Shown: positions 32,341 to 42,679 of the stretch, in pieces
How the letters are laid out: each line of letters begins with the position of its first letter
Position numbering within the stretch: the stretch's first letter is position 1
Source of the DNA: Gracilinanus agilis
Taxonomy: Eukaryota
Length of the DNA stretch: 64,000 nucleotides
NCBI RefSeq assembly: GCF_016433145.1
Contig: NC_058136.1
Location: forward strand, 73,411,635-73,475,634
Reading direction: 5' to 3'
Notes under the pieces: model-generated
The model's input: only the letters and a program-made list of their open reading frames with translations
Database searches by the model: none
What the model was told of the DNA's origin: nothing
Translations under genes and position numbers: made by a program

Positions 32341-33589
32341 CAACAAGCCTCTCATTTAGTCCAACCTGATTCTCTGGAGAAGGCAGGAGAGCAACACAAA
32401 GCCTATTGCAGATGTGGAGAGCCACGCAAAAGAAATTCCCACGTTATAAAATGGGCCTCCCTCGGCCCTCCGAGCCCATCGAACGGCTTCCCCCGGAGGC
32501 CCCTGGAAGGGCGTGCGCGCAGGGACACTGTGTTGCTGGGTGTCCCCGATTTCAGTCCTTCGTCTCTCCGATATTGCTGTTCCTGTAGACGTTCCAGGAG
32601 CATTTCTAAGGGCTCGAGGCTGGCTGGGCACTGAGGATGCAGCTCAACAGGGGGCACGATGAGAGAGTGCTAGGCCTGGGGTCAGGAAGACCTCAGTTTC
32701 CTCATCCACGAAATGGGGTTCATTAAAGCAGCTCCCTCCTAGAGTTGTGAAGCCGGCACACGGCTGTGTAAATTGTAGCCACCCTCCTCCTCCTCCTCCT
32801 CCTCCAAGCTGCCCAGGACTCCAGGCCACCGAGGGAGGGGGTGGAGAGGTCCAGCTGGCGATCCAAGCCGAACTCAACCTCTCCTCCCCCAAAACACTCG
32901 TTCCCAGGAGAAGTAAGGCCCGTTGCTATAGTCATGTGAGAGCTAACGGGCTAGTCCCTTCTTGACCCTGCAAGTTCGATGCTCCCTCCTGAGGACCCGG
33001 ACAGGTGAAGTGACCCGTCCAGGGCCACAAGCACGAGGCAGGCCGATTCAGTGACGGGGGACGAAACCGACCCCCAACAGGCAACACACCAACCCAAAGA
33101 CTCCCAACTCCCGGGCCGAGGCCTCGTCCTTGGGGGAAAAGGCCGACAAACTGGACAGCAAGAAGGAAGTTGGATTCGGAGCTACGCCTCACCCCCTTCC
33201 TGTAGCCAGAGAAGCTCCGCACGGGGGCGGGGCCTGCCCAGAAGCAGCGAGAGCCTCAGCAGGTCTGCGCAGGCCCAAAGAGGCCAAGAGCAGGCGAGGG
33301 CTCGAGAGATCACAGAGGGGAAGCCACGAGACGAACGCGCTTTGCACAAATCAATCCAACGGAACTCGGCCCCGAAAGGCCGACCTAAAGGAAAACGGGG
33401 AGGCTGGCACAGGGCCGCGCGGCTGCCAGACAGTGAAGAAGAGGGCCTCGAGGCACATACGGAGCAGCTCTTTCTGTGGTGGCAAAAAAAACTGGCAGCA
33501 GGGGGGGCCCATCACATCATCTGTGGTACACGGAGGGGACGAAGCATCGCTGCACTGTAAGAGACGTTTCCAAAGCCTCATGGCGCGAG

Positions 33590-33745
33590 GGCCAGCTAGG
33601 TGGTGGCACGGATGGCCACCAGGCCTGGAGTTGGGAGGACCAAGGTTCAAATCGGGTTTGAGACACTTCCTGGCTATATGACCTTGGGCAAGTCATTTAA
33701 CCCTGATCGCTTAGCCCTTACTGCTCTTCCGTCTTACAACGGGGC
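33590..33745 (+). mobile_element. CORE-SINE
   Basis: cagctaggtggtggcac...ggttcaaatc...agacacttcctggct...gaccttgggcaagtcatttaacc...gcccttactgctcttcc. Confidence 0.82.
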
Positions 33746-36700
33746 CGGCCGTGAGAGCCGTGCAGCGCTCACAGCGCGGCGCCTGAACAAAAACGGACTT
33801 GACGGCTCCTGCAGAAAGAGCCGCCCGTTGCCGACCCCTGGCCTAGAGAAACCAGCTGAACAGCTGATACCGCACTGACAGAACGCTCAGGACCACAGAC
33901 AGCATGGCAGACGGGCAGGCGTCCAGCTCCAGACAGAAGATGCGAATGACATCTAAAAAGCCAGAAATGCGATCGAAGGTCGATTCCGCAGTAAGAACCG
34001 GCCTGAAAGATTTAGAGAAACTTGAGGAGGTTCCTGGAACCGAGGGCAGAGCGAACAGGAAGAGTCCGGAGGGAAAGAACCAACCTCCTCCCCTCCCCCC
34101 CATAAATGACCCATCTCGGTCCCGGAAGACTGATGAGACCATTTCTTTCCTCTCACAGAGGTGGAGGCCTACAGGTGCAGAATGCTGCATCCCTGGGCCA
34201 TTGGTTTTCACGGGTTTTTCCTGGTTGTATTGGAGGTTTCTGGTGAGGAACACAGGATCAGAAACAGCCGAGGCGCGACAACCAAAAAGACCCCCCCGCC
34301 CCCCCCCCCCCGAATCAACAAAGCACGAACACGAATGGTTTGCGAGGACGCCGTTTGGAAGGGCCCGAGAAAGGAAAAGGTAGGCGAAGCGCGCCAGGCG
34401 GGCCTACTGCTCCGAACCACGGCCCATCTCTCTGGCTCCCTCCCATCTTGGAACAATATTGCGTATTGATTCCGAGGCAGAAGAGCAATAAGGGTGAGCC
34501 CACTGGGGCTGTGACTTGCCCAGGGTCACCCGGCTGGGACCTGCACGGAGCCAGCCAGCCAGCCAGCCGCCCCCTGGATGTTCTTTTAAACAAAGCCAAG
34601 GCGGCCAGTGGAGGCAGGAGGGAGGAAGCCTTTCCAGGCCGATCCCGGCAAAACTAGGGATCTGTGCTTGGGGCGGGAGGCGGAGAACATGTGCAAAGTC
34701 TCCTTTGGGCACGCCGCCAGCGCCAGATAAACTGGGGATTGTGAAGCAGCTAAGGAGCAAGGCCACGGGGGACATCTAGGGGAGCGAGCACGCCGCGTAC
34801 GCCTGTGAGCGTACCGGCGGCACGAACTTCGGGCCCTGAGAAGTAGCATTTGATCTTTAGCTCCCCACTCTGCCTGAGTTCAGACCCCTACCAGCTGGGT
34901 GACCCTGGCTAAGTCACTTCACCTGGTTTGCCTCAGTTTCCTCACCTGTCAAACGAGCCAGAGAAGGATTTAGCAAACGACTCCAGTGTCTCTGCGGAGA
35001 AAACCGAACAAGTGTGGGCTCGGATTACGTCGGGCAGATCCCGAGAACCCAACATCCCGGGCGAAATCTGCCAAACAGGCTGCCCCGCGATTGGCTCGGG
35101 CCTGTCTCTCCAGAGACGGCTGCGGGTTCGATCCAGGCGTCGGGCTCCCGGCCCCAGCTCTTCCCGGGAGAATGCGAGGGCTGGAGCGAGTGTGGGGGAA
35201 CTTGAGACTCTGCTGAGCCCATCCGTTTGCTCTTCAGGGTGGGGGAAGGGAGAACCCTGTCTGCGCCCCAAGCGGAGACGGCCTCTGCTGGGAGATTTCG
35301 GCAGCTCCTGAAATAACCGCCCAAAGGTGGCCCTGCCGCGCCTCGCCCTCCCGGTCTCTGGAGGGAGGCAGAGCCAGCGCTCGAGCGGGAAAGGAGGCAA
35401 AGAGAGCCTCCGAGCAAAGAACGGCGACTGGCCTGCCATCTGCACAAACCTAGGCACAGGAGCACGTCTGGGCCTCGCTGCTGCTCTTTCCCGTGAGTGA
35501 TTTCACAGAACTTAACTGCTTGGGAAGGAAAGTCCAAGCGGCCCGTGCGCTCGCAGCGTGCATGTTTCGCCATTAATTAGCAACGGTTGGTCGAGAAAAT
35601 CTGTACAAGAGAAATGCAGGGGGCCCCAGTTAGCCTGGGTTAGGCCGAGATGGCGAGGGCGAGCGGGGGGCCAAATCACGGGGGGGGGGCCCGTTTTGTT
35701 TTCAAATCTTTGTTTAAACTCTTGCCTTCCACCTTANAGCGGGGGGCCAAATCACGGGGGGGGGGCCCGTTTTGTTTTCAAATCTTTGTTTAAACTCTTG
35801 CCTTCCACCTTAGAATCAACCGTGCACCTTGGTTCCAAGGCAGAAGAGCACTAAGGGCTGGGCGACGGGAGTCGAGTGACTTGCCCAAGGTCACACAGCT
35901 GGGAAGGGTCTGAGGCCGGGGCCTCCCATCCACCGTGCCACCTAACTGTCCCCTTGAGAAGCCGTTTTGAAGTCTGCAGGTCTTTAGTCCAAGTCCGCCG
36001 GAAGAAAAGAGAGAAGGTTCAAGCAGGCTGAGAGGAGAGGAGGCGAGCCAAGGGGAGGGAGGCTCTGTGGGCCGACACGGCGCCGCTGGGGAAAGAGAGG
36101 CCTGCTGATGTGGGGTGTCTGTTTATCTCACTGACATAAGAAGGATGAGAAACTTTCTGGGGAGAATTCTACGGGCTGGCGCGCTCGCAATGTCCACGTT
36201 CTAGGAGAGCCTCCCGGGCCCTCTTAAAGAGGGGGCCGAGAATGCAGCCGGCCCTGTCATTTGGGGTGCCCTTCGCGTTTGGGTGCATTGAGTTTGCTGT
36301 GAATAAGAATGAGAAAGGACTGGGAAACGGGCAAAAGGAGGACGAGAACCCTCCCCCCCCCCCCCATGCCAAACTGGGACGGTCTGGAACCTGGAACGGC
36401 ACTCGGAGGAGCCGAGGTTTTCCGACGGGTCGCGTTTGGAAATCCGGCACACTACGAAGTTACTGCTGGGCGTCTCCCCCTTCCCTTCTTCCATCTGGGA
36501 GCCGCCGGCTCCAGGGATAAAGGCTGTGAAGTCTTTAACGGAGTCGATTTTGCTTCCAGCTGAGGAAGAACAACAACTTGTTCTTGGGGGAAACCGCAAG
36601 CGAGCGAGCTTGTGAGTTCTCCTTTCCTGCAAGGTTCTCTGGGAGCGCCTTTGTGTTTGGGCGGCCCTGCTGACGCACAGCATGTTGGGAAATTCTAAAG

Positions 36701-37222
36701 TGAGGAAGTGGTTCCCCGAGAACCCTCTCGCAGCTGAAGTAAGGGGGCTGCCGAGCTAGCTGGGGAAGGAGCCATCTTTAGCTGACCGTTCGCCCGCTGC
36801 TGTGAAAAGCGACCACGCGTAGGGACACGACGCCTTTCCCAAGACGGGTCTGTATTTATCTACGTGTTCCCGATTCCCACACGACTCCTCCCCAGGCTCC
36901 AGCTGGGCTGTCCACGTATTATCATGCAAAGCACGATGGAAATGACACTTTTAAGCCAATCTGGTCTCTTCGGGCCTCGGACCTTCGGGGTCAATAGGAA
37001 ATGCCTGAAGATGCGGCTATCTGCTACCAGGGCAGTCACAGCCCGCGATCACTGACTGATTTCTGCTCCAGGATGGATCTAAACTAGAAAGCGAGAGTAA
37101 GCTAAGACCTTGTATGTGCTTATCGTTAACTGTTACTGCAACAACACGAGAAGAAAGAATCATGACCGTACCCGGGCCCGGACTGTGATTGGGGAAGCTT
37201 GCTGTCGGAGCTAAAATGTCAT

Positions 37223-37436
37223 GGTGGGGGCAGCTGGGTAGCTCAGTGGATGGAGAGTCAGGCCTAGAGACGGGAGGTCCTGGGTTCCAGTCTGGCCTCA
37301 GACACTTCCCAGCTGTGTGACCCTGGGCAAGTCACTTGACCCCCATTGCCTACCCTTACCACTCTTCTGCCTCGGAGCCGATACCCAGGATTGACTCCAA
37401 GACGGAAGGGGAGGGTTAAAAAAAAAGAAATAAAAA
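37223..37436 (+). mobile_element. Full-length young opossum-type SINE
   Basis: Near-consensus copy ending gacggaaggggagggttaaaaaa, with an 11-bp target-site duplication taaaatgtcat (37212-37222 and 37437-37447). Confidence 0.95.
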
Positions 37437-40400
37437 TAAAATGTCATTTTATGCTATTGTTCTGAATTCTGAGTTGAGGCTAACGGGCCAGATTTCATTC
37501 CCTCAGTGGCTGTGAGATCAGAGAGCTGCTACAGGCGGGCGGGTGTGCTTGGGAAGGGTAATGGCAGGAGTCTCTTGCCTCAGTTCTGTGCTTCTTTGCC
37601 TTCTCGCCTGGTTGGTCCCGGAGTTGGCCTCTGCTGCTCCAAAACAAAGGGCTGGCAAGGAGGCTTTACCCCACTGGGCCGACATCAGGCCGGTCTGGGC
37701 CCTCGAAGGACACTTAGATACAGAAATATTTCTATGAAGAAAAAGGGGCGAGGACGTCCGCTGCTTCTGGGGGGCGTTTGTACCAAAGAAGGGCTGCCAA
37801 CACGGGACGAGGTGCTGTGCCCAGACGAGTTTTTCTCCCCTGGGATATACGGGATCCCCCCAGTGTAACGTCATTTATTGAGAGGGGCGCGTGGCCTCTC
37901 GATAAAGGATCGGCCCCTGCACGCAAAGACGCTCTCGTGAGCTCTGACGCTCTTTCCGTTACGCACAGAAACAATTTTTGACGATTGTTCTCGGACATTT
38001 TAGGAGTCCAATTTTGTCCCTCCCCCTCCCCGAGGTGGTAAAGAGCCTGGCAGGGGCTTTCACGTGATACAGAATTCCACGTCGCTCATGTGTGACAGAA
38101 GCCCTAACTAGTTACTGGAAGGCTAAATCGAAGAGGCCGCGCGAGGCCCGCCTCGCTCATCACCAGCCGCACTACCCGGGCGATCTCTGCGAGGGCCTCG
38201 GCCCAGACCCGAGATGAAATGAGACGATGAAACGGCTTAGCAAGAACGGGCAAGGGGGGGGGGGGCCGCGTGCCATTTAATACTGGTCGCCCGAAGAGCT
38301 TCGTGCCCAGATTCGAGCGTGGATAGGCCGATGTCGAAGTGTGCGACGAGGGGAATCTTTGATGTCCGATTCCCCTGGACTCCTTTTCATCGTCTGGGGC
38401 TCCGCTCCGGGCCATTCTTCCTGCAGCTTCTGGCTAACCGAAAGTCCATCTTCTGTTAATATTAACCTCACCTGACCAAGAGCTGCCACGTGCAATCAGA
38501 ATGCAGAGGGGCGGCGGTTGGAATTTGACCTTCCCAATTGTCCTCGAGTCCCTCCGAGGAGTAAACAAGAGTAGGCGTTCTCGGGGGGGGGGGGGGATCC
38601 CCATTTTGCTTAGCTAAGTTTATTCAGCTTTTATGGCTCTGAGGAAAGTACGAGACTGTAAATCTCGATCTCGGTGTGTGGAAGGATCCCTTCTGGCCTT
38701 TCTGATGTGACCTTATCCGTAAAAGCCTGTCAGAAAATCCTCATCGTCCCCCTCCCCGCAGCCCGGATCTGTGCGTTGGAACAGATTTCTTTGGACAGCA
38801 GAGGAGACGCCCGCAAAAGGAAGCCAGCCATGCGGGCAGGGGCTAGACTTGGAGTTTCAATGGGAAAATGCCCTCTTTCGTGCCCTGAGGTGAAATGACT
38901 TGCCTGGGCATCTGAGGCTGGATCTGAACTCGGGGCTTGCCAGGTCCGGGCCCGGCGCTCTCTCCCCAGCACCACAAACTGGGGGGAAAGTCTTTTACAC
39001 GACAGCTAGGTCCGCACTAGTGGGGATTCTCGTTGCACATTTCCACTGGGGCGTTCTACATTCACGCTCACTGGCGCAGGGTTATTTCCGGGGATCCCCG
39101 TCCAGCTCCGATCAGGCCCCAGCTCTAAGCACTCGAGCAGAGCGTGTGGCCCGAAGAGCCGGACGGATGCAGACGGAAGAAGACTTCGGGAAGTCCGCTG
39201 GCCAGCGAGGACGGCGAGTCAGCCGATACCGAGAGAAACGTACTCCCTGGAGAGACCTGCGGCCGCACGACTGGAAAAGGAGGAGGCGGCTGGCGACGTG
39301 GGGCCGTGGAAGCCACCAACATGAGCCTGGAGAGACTTCGGCAGCTAGTGGGGGACGGAAGGGCCCGGGAGCCAAGAAGCGCCCAGTCGCGCGTCCATCT
39401 CTCTCCTGGCCCTGCGGTTAAACCCCTTGAGAAGGCCGCCTGCCCTGGGCGTCTCCGCTTCTGTTACTCTCACGCTCGCTCCTGCCTGGCCCATCACCCA
39501 TCGGAAACTCCCTTTCTAAATCTGCTCCAATCCGATGGCCTCGTCTCCATCCCCATCCTCCCGGCCCTCTCGGAAGCCTCGGCCGCTATGGGCCAAGGCT
39601 CCACCTCGATACTCCTCCTTCTCCGGTGTAGGCCGCGCTCACTAATGCTTCTGCCCTGGGGCTCCTTCTCTTTGCCCTCTTAGAGTTAGAGGTATCTTGA
39701 ACCTCTCAAACTAGATCGCCCAAAATGCCTCTCTGCGTTACCCAGAATGCACTTCCCTTCGTCCACGTTTGCATCTCCCCCCCCCCCCCCATGAGCGTGG
39801 CTGGGTTAGCACCTTCTTGCTTTAGCTGTTATTAGGAAACTTTAGACAATCTAACACTTTGCGTGGTAGGCCGATGATCTCATTGGCCTGGCCCGGCCCT
39901 CGGGCTCCTGTCACCATCTTCCTATTGGATGGCTGCGCCTGGATGGCCTAAACGGAACTCCTCATCTCCACTCTCTGCAGCTTCCCTCAGACTCACCCGG
40001 CCTCATCCGGGTTAGAGAGGCTGCTAAGTCCTCCCAGTGTGACCTCTGACATCATCACCACCTCCTGTTGGACTCCAGCGGCAGCTCCTGGGGCCGGGCG
40101 GTCCCTCCTTCCCGCACTCCACTATCTAACTTGCCCTACTATGTGCTAAGCTCCCTATGACAATCCTTTCAGGTAGATGCTATTATTGTCTATTTTATAG
40201 TTGAGGAAATTAAGGCAGAGGCTGTGACTTGTCCAAGGGCATAACTACTTGGGGATTTGAAGCCACATTTGAACTCAGGTCTTCCTGACTCCAGGCCCAC
40301 CGCTCTAGCTGTCGAGCCTCCTGGTGGTCCCATACCTCGAGGATCAACCAGAAAATCTGGCTTGGCTTTGAAATCCTTTCGTGACCTGCCCGCCCTCCCT

Positions 40401-40736
40401 CACCTTTCTGGTCACCTCCTTGTACCCTTTGATCCAGTGGCGCCCAGGTCCCTAAACGGGACTTCTCTGCAAGGTCTTTACACGTCCCTTTCCTCTGCCC
40501 AAGGACCTTCCGGAGTCCTGAGGGGGAGGAGGGAGCCATGGCTGCCTGGAGCTTCTAAAGGGCCCGGCCCATTTGGCCTGAAGAAACCATCAGCCCATGG
40601 GGTCCAAAGGGCGCGCCAAGGCTCCAGCCAGGCGGGGCAAAGTAAGATGGAGAGCAGTTTCAGGGTCATCTAGGAGAGATAACGAGTTCGCCTTTCTCAG
40701 CAAAGCCCCAGGAGGCCGAGTTCAGAGTCTGAGGAG

Positions 40737-40794
40737 CTGCCCCACCGGGGCCGGCCCTCCCTGCCCCACCGGGGCCGGCCCTCCCTGCCCCCCA
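40737..40794. repeat. 24-bp GC-rich tandem repeat (ctgccccaccggggccggccctcc) running into a 500-N gap (40795-41294)
   Basis: Two full units plus a partial third lie directly before the Ns. Confidence 0.8.
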
Positions 40795-41294
40795 NNNNNN
40801 NNNNNNNNNNNNNNNNNNNNNNNNNNNNNNNNNNNNNNNNNNNNNNNNNNNNNNNNNNNNNNNNNNNNNNNNNNNNNNNNNNNNNNNNNNNNNNNNNNNN
40901 NNNNNNNNNNNNNNNNNNNNNNNNNNNNNNNNNNNNNNNNNNNNNNNNNNNNNNNNNNNNNNNNNNNNNNNNNNNNNNNNNNNNNNNNNNNNNNNNNNNN
41001 NNNNNNNNNNNNNNNNNNNNNNNNNNNNNNNNNNNNNNNNNNNNNNNNNNNNNNNNNNNNNNNNNNNNNNNNNNNNNNNNNNNNNNNNNNNNNNNNNNNN
41101 NNNNNNNNNNNNNNNNNNNNNNNNNNNNNNNNNNNNNNNNNNNNNNNNNNNNNNNNNNNNNNNNNNNNNNNNNNNNNNNNNNNNNNNNNNNNNNNNNNNN
41201 NNNNNNNNNNNNNNNNNNNNNNNNNNNNNNNNNNNNNNNNNNNNNNNNNNNNNNNNNNNNNNNNNNNNNNNNNNNNNNNNNNNNNNNNNNNNNN

Positions 41295-41392
41295 AAGGGT
41301 GGGCCATGGGGGTCAAGTGACTTGCCCAGGGTCACACAGCTGGGAAGTGTCTGAGGCCAGATTTGAACCCGGGACCTCCCGTCTCTAGGCCT
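41295..41392 (-). mobile_element. Opossum-type SINE fragment abutting the gap
   Basis: aagggtgggccatgggggtcaagtgacttgcccagggtcacacagctgggaagtgtctgaggccagatttgaaccc. Confidence 0.88.
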
Positions 41393-41864
41393 GTGCAGAA
41401 TTCCTTTTGAGGGGTTATTTCATCGCTTTTTGGAGGGCAATTTGGTAGAAACTAAATGGGCCCATGCACCCTCTCCGCCATCTTGGCTCCACCCCATTGG
41501 CTTCTGTGTGGCACTAGCAGTTGCTGTTTTACGTAGGCTCAAGGTGGTAGAGCTGAATCTGTTCCCAGGGTCAGTTTTGCTGTCTGAGGTATAAGCAATC
41601 TCCCCAGCTCTAGGACAGTTATTGCCGGAGGTTTAGCAAAATCGTCTTGGCCGGTTGTAATGCCGATTGGGGGGGGGGGGGGAGGGATGCAAGAGAGCAG
41701 CAGGTTTCGATGAATCCTGACCCTTTTTAACTCGGGGATCCTTCGTCCTCAGTCGTCCCATATTTTATGGTCTCGAGTGCCTTATGGTGCCCCTAGCGGG
41801 AATCGCTGACCTGGCCCCAGTTAATCTTGACCTAGAAGGACGGAAAGAAAGCTCTGAGTGCCAG

Positions 41865-42050
41865 GCACTGTGCTAATAAGTGCTTTACAGGGATTTCATT
41901 TGATCCTCACAACAACCCTAGGAGGTAGATGCTATCATCATCTCCATTTTATAGTTGAGGAAACTGAGGTAAGCCGATGAAGTGACTTCCCAGGGTCACA
42001 TAGCAAGGTATGATTTGAATTCAGGTCATCCCGACCCCAGGCCCAGTGCT
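41865..42050 (-). mobile_element. MIR-type SINE
   Basis: gccaggcactgtgct...gctttaca...atcctcacaacaaccctaggaggtag...cattttatagttgaggaaactgagg. Confidence 0.8.
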
Positions 42051-42679
42051 CTGTGTGGCCTCAGAAGAGATTCAAGGGCCCCTGTGCCCTGAGAGAAGTG
42101 CCACGTTTGAATAAAACAAGGCCTGTCTCTTTATGGAACGTAGGGTCCAATGGGGAACGTACATAATGCTTTGTGCCTCACAGCAACCCTAGGAGGCCGG
42201 TATACTCTGAGTACTTAGCCTCATTTTACAGACGAGGAGACAGAAAAGGACCGAGCTAACTAGGAAGTAGCGAGACGAGATTTGGACCTGGGTCTTCCCG
42301 ACTCTCCATCTAATTGGACAGTTAGAAAATGAAGTTCTGTGAGGGGGCCCAAGGAGTTAAGCACAGTTCCCTCACTTTACCAGTGAGAGAAATCAGGGAA
42401 AGCTTTCTGGAGGAGTTGGCAATTGAGTTGGGCTTTAGAGGATGTATTCAGGGCAGGAGAGACCGGCACTCAGAAGAGCTTAGCCCTAGTGCTGGCACAT
42501 GCCTCCAAGGCCATCTGAGCCACCCCTCATTGGCTCCTCTGGTCAACATGATATGGCCAAGGTAATGCAGAGCCAGAATTTGAACCCATGTCTTCTGCGT
42601 TCCAGTTTCCTCATAGCCTTCCTTTCGATTCTGATCTTTTGCATTTTCTGACTTAACGATCTGTCTGTGGTGTTGGCAG

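Noticed and set aside
32403-32657. Possible MPP1 exon 1 (PASLEPLEMLLERLQEQ)
   Set aside because: It matches ALSDLYLEHLLQ only loosely, and I found no convincing in-frame donor at the expected position.
35662-35812. 75-bp perfect direct tandem duplication
   Set aside because: The two identical copies are separated by a single N at 35737, which is typical of unmerged overlapping contig ends. This is an assembly artefact.
39144-39340. Possible NEMO N-terminal exon (SGSPLASEDGESADTERNVLPGE...SLERLRQL)
   Set aside because: The resemblance to QPSGGPAADQDVLGEE is faint, and there is no ATG start and no phase-1 GT donor to join 42680.
40597-41388. Long ORFs (212-263 aa) in the ORF track
   Set aside because: They consist mostly of the 500-N gap plus a tandem repeat and a SINE.
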